Below, piece by piece: positions 1-10,124 of a stretch of 45,167 nucleotides of DNA. Position 1 is the first letter of the stretch. Every line of letters begins with the position of its first letter. The stretch is from Candidatus Cloacimonadota bacterium (lineage in GTDB: Bacteria > Cloacimonadota > Cloacimonadia > JGIOTU-2). Where the stretch lies: the NCBI GenBank assembly GCA_049903315.1, contig JBNGBT010000013.1, positions 1 through 45,167 on the forward strand. The letters run 5' to 3'. The notes below the pieces were generated by a model, which was given only the letters and a program-made list of their open reading frames with translations, ran no database searches and was not told where the DNA came from. The position numbers were made by a program, and so were the translations under genes.

Positions 1-74
1 CCATGGCATGTACTCCTTTCTGCAACAACATACTCTTCTCCCAATTTCTGTAAACAACGCTAAGTTTTCTTACA
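1..74 (-). mobile_element. IS element terminus (TGTAAG... end, element extends off the contig)
   Basis: 1-74 is the exact reverse complement of 45091-45164. Identity stops at TGTAAGAAAAC. The segment contains AAGGAG followed by ATG pointing outward. Confidence 0.8.
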
Positions 75-91
75 TTCCTCCCTATAAAAGG

Positions 92-127
92 AAAGCCCTG
101 AGTAATTTTACTTGGGGCTTTTTCTTT
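92..127 (+). terminator. Intrinsic terminator-like hairpin
   Basis: aaagccctgagtaa/ttacttggggcttt stem followed by a T-rich run. Confidence 0.55.
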
Positions 128-502
128 ATCTATAAATTACGAGTACTTGTCATAAGTTGAAGACCTTGTGATAAGTACGACACGTTCTTCTTAACTTAAG
201 ACATGCTCTACGACATGTCTCAAGTTTCTGCGAGGTTTTTTTGTCTCATAATTAGAAATTTAGTTATTTCTTACCTAAAAGTTATTGACAAACGATAAAG
301 CTGTTTTTTCTTGGCACTAAAGTTTTAAAGTCTACAGCTAAATGAGAGAAAAAATGAAAAAAAATTGCGCAGTTATGAATTATATTTTGAATACTCTTGT
401 TATTATTTAATTGGAGTCATCAAATGAATAAAATATTGATACTTGTTTTTATGACACATAGTGAGATTTTGATAAATAGGCATTTAACAATAAGGAGCAA
501 AT

Positions 503-1981
503 ATGAAAAATAAAATTTTTAAACGTTTTTCACTAAGAAAAAAACTTATTCTACTATTATTACTAGGTTTCCTTGCCACCACTCTTGCTCTTGCTGACTA
601 CCATATTACAAGAGGACCCGACATTGGTGAAATATACTTTATTGGTCCCACTGCGACTACTGAAGAAGGTCTATACCATTCAATAGATTTTGGAGAAACC
701 GCTACCTGTATGGACAGTTTATTACACACGAATTGGGATCTTATGAGCATCAGCGCGGATTTAACACCTGGAGTTATCTATGGCTATTCTATGCCTGAAA
801 ACCTTTATATTTCTTATAATTACGGACAATATGCAAGTTGGATTTTTAGAGCACCTAACTGTTCCTATAATTTAGAAAGCGGTAGAAATGAAGGAGAAAT
901 ATTTTGTAGTCCTTATAGAAGTAGTGAAGATTATGGATTTAATTTTGTTCAACATTATTGTTTAGGTGTTGGTGAATATATTATTGACTTTGAGTTAGAT
1001 AGTGAAGAATTAGTAGGTTATGCAATTACATATGACACCACAAACGATTCAATTAATCTATATAAGACCTATGATAATTTTGATAATTGCTTTATTAAAC
1101 ATAAGTTTGGTTTAAATGATTATTCATTTGAAATAAGCGGAGGAACCATTGATGGAGAATTATTTATTTTTGCAAAGTCTCTAAAGGAAATTTATTATAC
1201 TGAAGATGGTGGCAATATGTTTAGATATATTAATACATTCCATAACAATGGCCTTGATTTTACAGATTTAATAGGTGGAAGACAAGAAGGAGAAGTATAT
1301 CTACTAGCGACATACATTTCCGGTTTATCTATAGATAAACATATTTATATATTTCATTCTACCGATAATGGACAAACCTTTGAAGTATTTCACCCATTCT
1401 CTTATGGAGAGGAACCTCTTGTAGCAAACTTTTCAACAACACAAACAGATAGTATAGTCCCGGTTACAGTGCAATTTTGCAACTATTCTATCGGTGATAT
1501 ACAGACATATGAATGGGATTTTAATAATGACGGTATAATTGATTCCAATGAACCCGAACCTGAATATACTTACCAGGACACGGGATATTATTCCGTAAAA
1601 CTTACTGTTTATGACACTGATGAATCAGATGAATTTTTAAGAGAGAATTATATCCATGTGAAAGATCCCAATGCAATAGATGAAGGAGAAGAGCATCTTG
1701 GAATTATATTGAACAATACACCCAACCCATTCCGTTCATCCATAGTTATTCATTATACCTTACCTCACACTATTCGAGAAGCTCAGATTGAGATCTATAA
1801 TATCAAGGGCCAAAAGATAAAAATGTTAATAGATAACGAACTGATGAAAGAAGGCAATCATGACATAATATGGGATGGAACAGACAGCAGTAATAAGCCA
1901 GTCGGTTTTGGAATTTACTTTATAAAACTGGAGACCGAAAAATATGTTAACGTCAAAAAAATAATAAAACTTGGTATGTAA
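503..1981 (+). CDS. Secreted Asp-box (BNR) beta-propeller + PKD + FlgD-Ig/T9SS-like C-terminal domain protein
   Basis: SD aaggag; signal peptide ...TTLALA; repeated SxDxGxxF boxes (SIDFGET, TEDGGNMF, STDNGQTF); PKD YEWDFNNDG; C-terminal PNPF..IYNIKGQ..WDG..GIYF..KKIIKL. Confidence 0.8.
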   Translation: MKNKIFKRFSLRKKLILLLLLGFLATTLALADYHITRGPDIGEIYFIGPTATTEEGLYHSIDFGETATCMDSLLHTNWDLMSISADLTPGVIYGYSMPENLYISYNYGQYASWIFRAPNCSYNLESGRNEGEIFCSPYRSSEDYGFNFVQHYCLGVGEYIIDFELDSEELVGYAITYDTTNDSINLYKTYDNFDNCFIKHKFGLNDYSFEISGGTIDGELFIFAKSLKEIYYTEDGGNMFRYINTFHNNGLDFTDLIGGRQEGEVYLLATYISGLSIDKHIYIFHSTDNGQTFEVFHPFSYGEEPLVANFSTTQTDSIVPVTVQFCNYSIGDIQTYEWDFNNDGIIDSNEPEPEYTYQDTGYYSVKLTVYDTDESDEFLRENYIHVKDPNAIDEGEEHLGIILNNTPNPFRSSIVIHYTLPHTIREAQIEIYNIKGQKIKMLIDNELMKEGNHDIIWDGTDSSNKPVGFGIYFIKLETEKYVNVKKIIKLGM

Positions 1982-2042
1982 ATTTGATATACCTTTAATA
2001 ATTAAGAACTTGTCATTCAAATAACCTCACAAAACATAAACA

Positions 2043-2076
2043 TTGACACCCCCTCAAACGAAAATGATTTTCGTTT
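2043..2076 (+). promoter_or_regulatory. Sigma70 -35 (TTGACA) with overlapping Zur/Fur-type operator
   Basis: TTGACA at 2043-2048; perfect 10-1-10 inverted repeat AAACGAAAAT-G-ATTTTCGTTT at 2056-2076 covering the -10 region. Confidence 0.75.
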
Positions 2077-2096
2077 ACAGTCGCGGAGTGCAAAAA

Positions 2097-2519
2097 ATGA
2101 TTGAAAAATATTTTGAGATACTGAAACAACACAACCAAAAGAAAACACCCAAACGGGTGGAAATCCTTCGGATCATGCACAATAACAATACTTATTTTTC
2201 ACCCATAGAAATATGGAACATTCTTAAGAAAAAATTCCAAATAGTAGGACTTCCAACCGTATACCGAATACTCCAGCAATTCCAGGAAATCGGCATTGTC
2301 TCTTCAATACAAAAAGAAGATAACCAGCTCTATTATTTTTTGTGCTCGACACAACAAGATCATCACCACTTTATCTGCCGCAAGTGCCACAAAGTTTCCT
2401 GTGTGGAATACTGCGATTTTGATCACATAAAACAGCTTGTTGAAGATCAGCTTCAATCGAAAGCAGAAACCCACTTCCTTCAAATCGAAGGGCTCTGCAA
2501 GGAGTGCAGGGAATCATGA
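2097..2519 (+). CDS. zur: Fur-family zinc uptake regulator
   Basis: TPKR..IL, PTVYRIL, HHHFICRKC and terminal CKEC motifs; SD ggag before ATG 2097; heads a znuACB operon. Confidence 0.85.
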   Translation: MIEKYFEILKQHNQKKTPKRVEILRIMHNNNTYFSPIEIWNILKKKFQIVGLPTVYRILQQFQEIGIVSSIQKEDNQLYYFLCSTQQDHHHFICRKCHKVSCVEYCDFDHIKQLVEDQLQSKAETHFLQIEGLCKECRES

Positions 2520-3427
2520 AAAAATATCTGCCGACTCTGATGCTCTTCTTTCTGATGATATCCTGTGCGAAAACTCTTGAAAAATCTGATAAACTCGACA
2601 TCTTTGTCAGCGTGCTTCCGCAGAAATATTTTGTCGAACGCATCGCAGGTGATAAAGCAAATATTCACGTTATGGTGCTTCCCGGGCACAGCCCTGCGAC
2701 CTATGAGCCGACCCCTTCTCAAATGAAGGAAATTTCGCAAGCGGATATCTATTTCCGTATCGGGGTTCCCTTTGAAGAAACATGGATGAAGAAGCTTGCG
2801 CAGCTCAATCCAGAATTGCTCGTGGTCGATACAAGAGAGGGAATTCCTCTTCGTCCGATGGACTCCTTTATCACCCTTCAGGAAAAGATGCATTCCAATC
2901 ATGCTGCCGAAAAACAAGAAGAGCACGAGCATTCACATCAGATGGACCCGCACATCTGGCTGAGTCCGAAGCTTGTGAAAATACAGGCGCAGATAATCTG
3001 CACCACTCTTCAGGAATTCGATCCCGTCAATAGTGATTGTTACAACGAAAACCTTCAAATTTTTCTGGAAGACCTGACTTCTCTCCAACAATATTTTAAT
3101 GACCGTCTTTTACATCTCGAACATAAAAAATTCCTCGTTTTTCATCCATCGTGGGGCTATCTCGCAGACGAATTTGGCATGACACAGATACCAATTCAAA
3201 TAGAAGGGAAATCTCCCGCGCCAAAACAACTTGCCGAAATAATTGCTTTTGCACAGCAGGAAAACTTCCGCGTGATCTTCGTGCAGGAACAGTTCAGCGC
3301 TACCGCCGCAAAGACAGTTGCGCAGGCAATCAGTGGTAAATTTATGAGTATCGATCCGCTTGCAGAAAATTATTGTGAAAATATGAGACACATCGCAGAT
3401 ACATTCAGGGAAGTGCTCGATGATTGA
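2516..3427 (+). CDS. znuA: Zinc ABC transporter substrate-binding lipoprotein
   Basis: Lipobox LMISC; SPATYEPTP, His-rich loop, DPHIWLSP, HPSWGY; ATGA overlap with zur. Confidence 0.88.
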   Translation: MKKYLPTLMLFFLMISCAKTLEKSDKLDIFVSVLPQKYFVERIAGDKANIHVMVLPGHSPATYEPTPSQMKEISQADIYFRIGVPFEETWMKKLAQLNPELLVVDTREGIPLRPMDSFITLQEKMHSNHAAEKQEEHEHSHQMDPHIWLSPKLVKIQAQIICTTLQEFDPVNSDCYNENLQIFLEDLTSLQQYFNDRLLHLEHKKFLVFHPSWGYLADEFGMTQIPIQIEGKSPAPKQLAEIIAFAQQENFRVIFVQEQFSATAAKTVAQAISGKFMSIDPLAENYCENMRHIADTFREVLDD

Positions 3428-4166
3428 TAAAAAAAGCAATCCTATTATAACTTTGGATAAAGTAGATTTCTCCTACAACGGCGATCCCGTTCTCCAGGAT
3501 ATCACATTCGAGATCGACAGTAATGACTTTGTTGCCATTCTCGGACCCAACGGCGCAGGAAAAACTACATTGATAAAACTTCTGTTAGGATTTCTCAAAC
3601 CGAGTAAGGGCAAAATATCAATATTAGGAAAATCGCCGATCAAGGCACGTAAATTCATTGGTTATGTGCCACAATACAGCACTTTTGACAAGGACTATCC
3701 CATTCACGTGATCGACATCGTTAAGATGAACACACTCACTGCGAACTCGTTCTTTCCTACATATAAAAAAGACGTAACTAATACTGCATTCTCTCTCCTG
3801 GAAAAACTGGAAATACAGAATCTTGCTTACAGAAATTTTCATGAACTTTCCGGAGGGCAGAAACAGCGTGTACTCATCGCGAGAGCGCTCATAAACGAGC
3901 CCAAGATCCTCTTGCTGGACGAGCCGACTGCAAGCGTTGATGCCACTATGGAAAAGGATATATACGACACGCTTAAAATGCTCAACGAAAACACCACGAT
4001 CCTCCTTATAACCCATGATGTGGGATTTGTCTCTTCCTATGTAAATAAAATATGCTGCCTGAACCGCTTTGCTTCGATGCATTCTGTAGCGGAGCTCACC
4101 GGAAAATCTCTCTTTGATATTTATAGCGAAAGCAGTAAATTCCTGCAGCATCACTGCAATTTATAA
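3420..4166 (+). CDS. znuC: Metal ABC transporter ATP-binding protein
   Basis: Walker A GPNGAGKT, GYVPQ, LSGGQKQR, LLLDEPT. Confidence 0.88.
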   Translation: MIDKKSNPIITLDKVDFSYNGDPVLQDITFEIDSNDFVAILGPNGAGKTTLIKLLLGFLKPSKGKISILGKSPIKARKFIGYVPQYSTFDKDYPIHVIDIVKMNTLTANSFFPTYKKDVTNTAFSLLEKLEIQNLAYRNFHELSGGQKQRVLIARALINEPKILLLDEPTASVDATMEKDIYDTLKMLNENTTILLITHDVGFVSSYVNKICCLNRFASMHSVAELTGKSLFDIYSESSKFLQHHCNL

Positions 4167-4167
4167 C

Positions 4168-4989
4168 ATGGCTGAATTTTTCTCGAATATAGCAACCTAC
4201 ACATTTCTTCAAAATGCTATCATTGCTGCCGTACTTGCGAGTATTGTATGCGGAATTACAGGCACCTTTGTTGTGGTAAAAAAGATCACTTTTATCAGCG
4301 GTGGGATCGCTCATGCAGTTCTTGGAGGAGTGGGTATCGCATTTTACCTGAGCATGCCGCCAATAATTGGCGCTTTTATTTTTGCGATACTGGCTGCAGT
4401 CACAATAGGATTGGTGAAACTGAAAGCCAACCAGCATGAGAACACGGTCATCAGCGCACTCTGGGCAATGGGCATGGCTGTCGGCGTGATCTTTATGTAT
4501 CTGACCCCCGGCTACAGCACAGATCTTCTTTCTTATCTTTTCGGAAATATACTTATGGTTTCTTCTGCGAATCTCTACATCCTTGCCGGTCTAAATGTAC
4601 TTATCATTCTGATTGTACTCATTTTTTATCGCCAGTTCGTTGCCATCACCTATGATGAGGAGCAGGCGCGGCTGCGCGGACTACCGGTGAATTTTCTCTA
4701 CATTCTTCTCCTTTGCATTATTGCACTTACTATTGTTGTGCTTATACAAATTGTTGGAATTATTCTCGTGATTGCACTTCTCAGTCTGCCGGCAGCGATC
4801 GCAGGTCTGTACACGCGCACGCTTCATGCAATGATGTTTTCTGCCATTGGGTTGGGCATGGTTTTTACATTGAGCGGTATCGCGATTTCCTTTTCTATGA
4901 ATATTCCGACCGGTGCAACTATCATCATACTTTGCGGAACAGTATTTCTCATTGCAATCAATCTTACACGGTTTATATATAAAAAATGA
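4168..4989 (+). CDS. znuB: Metal ABC transporter permease
   Basis: GIAHAVLGG, DLLSYLFGNIL, multiple TM helices; ATG 1 nt after znuC stop. Confidence 0.88.
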   Translation: MAEFFSNIATYTFLQNAIIAAVLASIVCGITGTFVVVKKITFISGGIAHAVLGGVGIAFYLSMPPIIGAFIFAILAAVTIGLVKLKANQHENTVISALWAMGMAVGVIFMYLTPGYSTDLLSYLFGNILMVSSANLYILAGLNVLIILIVLIFYRQFVAITYDEEQARLRGLPVNFLYILLLCIIALTIVVLIQIVGIILVIALLSLPAAIAGLYTRTLHAMMFSAIGLGMVFTLSGIAISFSMNIPTGATIIILCGTVFLIAINLTRFIYKK

Positions 4990-5021
4990 ACTTATGAAGA
5001 ATTAGGTGGTAAGTTGGAAAT

Positions 5022-5380
5022 AATATCCAATAACCAATTATGAAGGAAAAATTGATGAGTAAGAAAGGATTAATTCCCCTAAGGGCTTTATTGATTATAC
5101 TGTGTGAATTATCAAAGTTATTGAGCAACTATCCAAAATAAATTTGGAAAAACAATCTCTTCTTCAACACTAAAAAATGGCACATTCTCTACAATAAATT
5201 GCTGAGAGATAGAAGTGTCGAAACAGCATGAAAGCTTTCAACGCTACTGACCTTCCATTGATTCTACGTTTCAGTTTCTTCTATGGTATGCTCCACTCCA
5301 TTTCCTTGTGCCCTACACCAAAACAGACAATAGAACTGGAAAAATGGATGTTGAATATTCCGTGTTGATTATTGGATATT
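5022..5380 (+). pseudogene. Degraded four-helix-bundle-protein-like remnant inside inverted repeats
   Basis: aatatccaataaccaa (5022-5037) and ttgattattggatatt (5365-5380) are a 15/16 inverted repeat. The frame from 5081 reads KGFIDYTV*IIKVIEQL, resembling the N-terminal helix of four-helix-bundle (23S rRNA IVP-like) proteins. Confidence 0.35.
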
Positions 5381-5479
5381 CAAATTTTTCATTTAGCATA
5401 TCAGCCTAATAAATAATAAAGGTAATAAAAAAAATTGACCAACTCGTGCGGATTTGTCTTCTGCATCAAATTTTAATGG

Positions 5480-6466
5480 ATGAACACAATGGAAAAAACG
5501 CGCTTTACAGATACTGATATAATTTTTCAAACCCTCAGTTATGCGACCCGAATGCTTGCATCAGAAAAGGATCTCGATCAGCTTATCGAAAACTCGCTGG
5601 ATATCCTCTCTGATTTCGGTCACAGCAAAAAGGTGGAATTTATAATCCTTGAAACAAAGAACAAACATGAAGCCATTTTAGCAGGACTGCTGGAAAACGG
5701 GCTCATCTCGAAATTGAATAAAGAGATCAATATCAAAGATTCCATTTTAGAGAAAATTATCACTCGCAAACGTCCGGAAATAGTCACCGATGACTCAAAG
5801 AAGATAATCTATCTTCCCCTGATAGGTTCAGGAAATAATGCCATTGGAATCCTTGTATTGCATGTGAGTAATAAGAAGCAGCTCGAGGATATTGAACTCA
5901 ACTCTCTCATTATTCTGACAACGCTGATCGCGGTTTCTCTTGAATATGCCCAATCAGCCCAACTCGCAATGTTCGATTCCCTTACCGGTCTTTACATTCG
6001 CAGGCAGTTGGACGCCAGGCTTCACGAAGAGCTGCACAGAATAAAACGGTATGGCGGTTCTCTTGCACTCTGCATGATCGACATTGATCATTTTAAGATG
6101 GTGAATGATACTCACGGGCATCTGTTCGGGGACAAAGTACTGATCGAACTTGCACAACTCATAAGAAATACGATCCGTACAAATGTGGATGTACCATGCA
6201 GGTTTGGGGGTGAGGAATTTATGATCATCCTTCCTAATACGGATGCGCAAAAAGCATTTGAAATGGCTGACCGGCTGCGTCAGATCTGCGAAAAGCATCC
6301 ATTTACTTATAATAATATAACCATACAGGTTACTTTTAGTGCCGGGATCACTGCAACAAAGTCCCCGAATGTATCTCCACGAGAATTCATAACCCAGGTT
6401 GATGCTATGCTGTACAAAGCAAAAGAAGAAGGAAGAAACAGGATCTGCATCCAGAAAGAAGATTAA
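5480..6466 (+). CDS. GAF-sensor diguanylate cyclase
   Basis: DSLTGL, DIDHFKMVNDTHGH, RFGGEEF, AKEEGRN; N-terminal GAF-like LPLIG..IGILVL. Confidence 0.9.
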   Translation: MNTMEKTRFTDTDIIFQTLSYATRMLASEKDLDQLIENSLDILSDFGHSKKVEFIILETKNKHEAILAGLLENGLISKLNKEINIKDSILEKIITRKRPEIVTDDSKKIIYLPLIGSGNNAIGILVLHVSNKKQLEDIELNSLIILTTLIAVSLEYAQSAQLAMFDSLTGLYIRRQLDARLHEELHRIKRYGGSLALCMIDIDHFKMVNDTHGHLFGDKVLIELAQLIRNTIRTNVDVPCRFGGEEFMIILPNTDAQKAFEMADRLRQICEKHPFTYNNITIQVTFSAGITATKSPNVSPREFITQVDAMLYKAKEEGRNRICIQKED

Positions 6467-6639
6467 TTCATTCTTGCGATATTGAGGACTCTGTTCTCAT
6501 ATTGAATTAATTCTTGTTAAATATTTGAATATCGAATGTCTATAACGCTTTGTGATTTATGAAGATACCAAAATATTTATATGGGGATTTGGATTGGTTC
6601 TTCAAAGGGAAATGAGAACTGAATTTTAACTTCTTTTAA

Positions 6640-6675
6640 CACCTCATCCAAACCTTCTCCTAATTGAGGAGAAGG
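6640..6675. repeat. Palindromic intergenic element (cctcatcc..ccttctcc..ggagaagg type), possible terminator
   Basis: ccttctcct-aattg-aggagaagg hairpin preceded by cacctcatccaaa, between convergent genes. Confidence 0.5.
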
Positions 6676-6742
6676 AAAAAGGAATGTTAAAACTCAATAC
6701 ATATTATTCTTAAATTAAATAATATATAAATACCAAATACAC

Positions 6743-8737
6743 TTACTCATCAATAATTATTGCATCGGCTTCTTCGTAATATGCATCTGCTAGATCATCT
6801 TCATATAAATAATAATAGCAATCTCCAATAAAATTGAGACAGGATTTTACATCAGCCATTTCTTCTTGTTCTCTCGCAATTTGCAGCGCTTTATTGTAGT
6901 ATTCAATGGCTGTTTCCCACTCCTCAAGATCAAAATTATAGACATCTGCGATAGCAAGATAGAAAAATTCTTCATTGTCTTTATCCCTTACCTGTAATGC
7001 ATAATCAAGACCCAACTGATAATAGTCGATCGCACTGTAATATTTCCCGTTATTGGTGCTTGTCCATCCAAGGTGGTCATAAGCAGTGAGAATCATCTTA
7101 GTATCATCCAGCTCTTTAGCAAGTTCGAGTGCAATTGCATGGTTATCTATTGCTTCATCATAATAACCGCGATTATGATACGTAGCACCGACATTGATGT
7201 AGTCGCCTGCCAGATGGCTTTCATTTCCAAGCATTTGGTCAATCTCCAGTGTCAAAGAAAAACATTCAAATGCCTTGAGATAATTTCCCATCTGATCTTC
7301 ATATGTGTCATCTGTTTTATTCAAGAGGTAACCTGCATTGGAGAGTGCGTCAGCAAGATTATTTAGGCGCAGCTCGTCGCTTAAGATTTCTGCTTTTGCC
7401 GATTTAAGATACAGCGCAATAAGGGCGTTATTATTTAGAATATCTTTGCCATTTTCAGCTTCGTCCCAATATTTATCCGCGAGTAAGTGGTATGTCTCAT
7501 TGTAACCTGGAGTATCGATTATTATGTCCGAAAGCAACTGCCTGGCTTGTTCAAGGATAGAAATCTCTCCCACAATATCCTGTTTCACTACAAGATCATC
7601 AATTTTAATATATTGATCTTTATAAATTACATAGCCAATACCATCTCCAAAAAAAGGCTCAAAATCATAGGAATCTACCCATCCGCCATTAATATAGAAA
7701 TTATATTCGGAAAACTTCTTTTCTACAGTCAGGGTGTTTGTTGCATTATATGACCGGAGGAGGTCAGATTCTGTCCAACCGATCAAAATTTCCCATTCAT
7801 CATTTACATATTTACCATAGCGGTAGTATCCGTTGTCAGAAATATTGAAGGTGTAAAGATTATCAAGATCATCCAGACCAAAGACTATTCCATATCCAAA
7901 ATCACTCGCCCCGCTGATATGTGTGATTGTTGTAGTAATTTCAAAATCATTCTCCGGCAGAATATCAACATGATTCCACACAAAATAGCTTCCGTCATTC
8001 TCTTTGTGCTGGAAATAGTAGTACCCGTTTTTTACTTCAGCGTACATTTCATCATCGTTTCCTTCAAACCACAGCAGGGAATTGTCTGAGAAATCCTCAT
8101 CAAGAATGACATCCAGTTCCTCTATGTAACTCACTTCAAGTGATTCGATAGCTATTTTCTGTTTAAGCCAAATATCAAAGCCAATGTAATCCCCCCAAAG
8201 GGGTTGAACGTCTGTCAGGTTTACATAATTTTTATTGATAAAAAACATATAAATGTCACCCAACTTCGCGACGGTAAGTGTGTTCTTTCCGCCATAGGTG
8301 TTGATGTATTCACTTTCTGTCCATCCAATAACATCAATCCATTCACCAGCAGCTGCTTTACCTACACGATAAAATCCATTATCCGAAATTTCAAAAGAAT
8401 AATAGTTAGAATCATCAACCATATCCCAGATTAATCCGTATCCGCGATCATCGTGCCCACTGATTTGATAGAGAGTTATTTCAATTTCAAAATCTCTTCC
8501 CGTATCTATATCTACAGGATAAAACAAATGATAGCCGCTTTCATCCATTTTGTATTCAAAAATGAAAGTACCGCCGACTATTGAAGTTTTTCCATATTCA
8601 TTATCTTCGATGGGCCATTGCTTATCGTTGTTGTTAAATTCTTCAGATAAAATAATTTCTGCAGCGAAGAGAGATGAATTTTGCAGCAATGAGACAATGC
8701 TCAATGCAATAAAAAAAATGAAGAAAAATTTCTTCAT
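6743..8737 (-). CDS. Secreted protein with two tandem beta-sandwich (ConA-like) repeats and C-terminal TPRs
   Basis: Signal peptide; two ~180-aa repeats (EEFNNN..GYGL..ISDNGFYR..GWTES / EDFSDN..GYGI..ISDNGYYR..GWTES); TPR-like A..Y..AL helices. Confidence 0.7.
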   Translation of the reverse strand: MKKFFFIFFIALSIVSLLQNSSLFAAEIILSEEFNNNDKQWPIEDNEYGKTSIVGGTFIFEYKMDESGYHLFYPVDIDTGRDFEIEITLYQISGHDDRGYGLIWDMVDDSNYYSFEISDNGFYRVGKAAAGEWIDVIGWTESEYINTYGGKNTLTVAKLGDIYMFFINKNYVNLTDVQPLWGDYIGFDIWLKQKIAIESLEVSYIEELDVILDEDFSDNSLLWFEGNDDEMYAEVKNGYYYFQHKENDGSYFVWNHVDILPENDFEITTTITHISGASDFGYGIVFGLDDLDNLYTFNISDNGYYRYGKYVNDEWEILIGWTESDLLRSYNATNTLTVEKKFSEYNFYINGGWVDSYDFEPFFGDGIGYVIYKDQYIKIDDLVVKQDIVGEISILEQARQLLSDIIIDTPGYNETYHLLADKYWDEAENGKDILNNNALIALYLKSAKAEILSDELRLNNLADALSNAGYLLNKTDDTYEDQMGNYLKAFECFSLTLEIDQMLGNESHLAGDYINVGATYHNRGYYDEAIDNHAIALELAKELDDTKMILTAYDHLGWTSTNNGKYYSAIDYYQLGLDYALQVRDKDNEEFFYLAIADVYNFDLEEWETAIEYYNKALQIAREQEEMADVKSCLNFIGDCYYYLYEDDLADAYYEEADAIIIDE

Positions 8738-8777
8738 TGGTCCCCCTATTTTGCTATCTGTTATTTTTTTAATCCAA

Positions 8778-9506
8778 TTACATGCGTATAAGCACGTAAT
8801 AGGAATTGGTTGCCGGATCCTTCCAGCGCTCGACTACTTCGATATTTTTCAGTTCAACATTCACGTTTTCGTTGAACTTGCTCATCAATTTATCTTCATT
8901 CACAAGTACTTCCACTGCATTATTTAGAGATATTTTTCGGGCGAGATTAAGTATTGCATTGTTCTCTGCGCTGTCCCACGCTTTATGTTCGCTGAATATC
9001 TGGTTGCATGAACCGATCGCATAAATATATTCTTTATCTTGTGGCGGTGTGCCGATCCAATCGCAATCATCAGAGAACAAAATGAGGTCTTTCAGAGATT
9101 TGAGAGAAGTGCGCGAGTAGATCACGAGGACCATATTATCAGTGGCAAATGTATCTGCGTGAGTAAAATGTTTTTGCAGCGTTTTTTCGTCTGCAGGAGA
9201 ATCTTCCACATGTATGAAAAGAGAATCATACACAAGATCGAGCCCTTTAATAGATTGGATATAGGTTTGCGTTCCCAGTACATAGCAGTGCGACAGTTTC
9301 ACAAAATTATCAATCGCACTTTTTGTTGCTTCTTTTGCGCCGGATTCTTTTATATAATAAACAGGTCCGTAACCTATCACCGCATTATTGGGTGTAATAA
9401 ACCATTTTGGGTATTTTGTCTGTGAAGGAGGTTTTATGCTTTTTTGTGACGATGCACAAGAGAGCATAAGCAATGCTACAAGCAAAGCAAGAATGAGCTT
9501 CTTCAT
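8778..9506 (-). CDS. LPP20-family lipoprotein
   Basis: Lipobox MLSC; YPKWF, W..PPQDKEYIYAIG, AENNAILNLA. Confidence 0.65.
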   Translation of the reverse strand: MKKLILALLVALLMLSCASSQKSIKPPSQTKYPKWFITPNNAVIGYGPVYYIKESGAKEATKSAIDNFVKLSHCYVLGTQTYIQSIKGLDLVYDSLFIHVEDSPADEKTLQKHFTHADTFATDNMVLVIYSRTSLKSLKDLILFSDDCDWIGTPPQDKEYIYAIGSCNQIFSEHKAWDSAENNAILNLARKISLNNAVEVLVNEDKLMSKFNENVNVELKNIEVVERWKDPATNSYYVLIRM

Positions 9507-9517
9507 AAATTGATAAG

Positions 9518-9549
9518 AGAAAACCCCGGGAAAATTCCCAGGGTTTTCT
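9518..9549 (-). terminator. Hairpin/terminator between the two LPP20 genes
   Basis: agaaaaccctgggaa-tt-ttcccggggttttct on the minus strand. Confidence 0.6.
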
Positions 9550-9563
9550 GCTCCATAAGAAAA

Positions 9564-10124
9564 TTATTGATTCTGCTGCTCTTGCTGATATTTATCAATA
9601 TCAGATTCAAGGTCTTCAAACGCCTGTGAAGCGCGGAATCTGTCATAAAGCTGCAAGTCCTTAACCTTCTTCACAACATTCTGATTGAAGGCGTTGAGGG
9701 GAAGTTCCATAAGCATATATGCTCTGAACATACCGCCACTTTCTGGGACGACTTTCTGCTCGCGGACTCTGCTTCCCTGAAGGGTCTGATTTGCAATATT
9801 TTTCATGGTCTGGCTATAAAATGCATTCAATTCTGCATCTTCGCCGCTTCCGACTTCTTCCTGAAAACTTTTTACAAGCACAGAAACTTTCGTTTCAAGT
9901 TGTTGTGCAATATCTGCACGTGCGCCTGCTTTTGCTTTGTCAAGTGCAAGCTGCATCTGGGTTGACGTTGCAGAGTTTACACCAAAGATGTAATCAGGAT
10001 CCTGGGGAGGATTTAAGAACCAATCAGGAATATTGGATTCTTTCACTGTTTTTTCACCACCGCCGCAGCCAATAGCGCCTACGACGAATGCTGCAATTAG
10101 CAAACCGAAGAGAATTTTCTTCAT
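9564..10124 (-). CDS. LPP20-family lipoprotein
   Basis: SD aggagg; lipobox AIGC; IPDWFLNPP..YIFGV..A..KAKAGARADIAQQL. Confidence 0.75.
   Translation of the reverse strand: MKKILFGLLIAAFVVGAIGCGGGEKTVKESNIPDWFLNPPQDPDYIFGVNSATSTQMQLALDKAKAGARADIAQQLETKVSVLVKSFQEEVGSGEDAELNAFYSQTMKNIANQTLQGSRVREQKVVPESGGMFRAYMLMELPLNAFNQNVVKKVKDLQLYDRFRASQAFEDLESDIDKYQQEQQNQ

Noticed and set aside
75..90. Similarity of ttcctccctataaaag to 35686-35703
   Set aside because: Short, low-complexity and in opposite orientation relative to the adjacent genes; likely chance.
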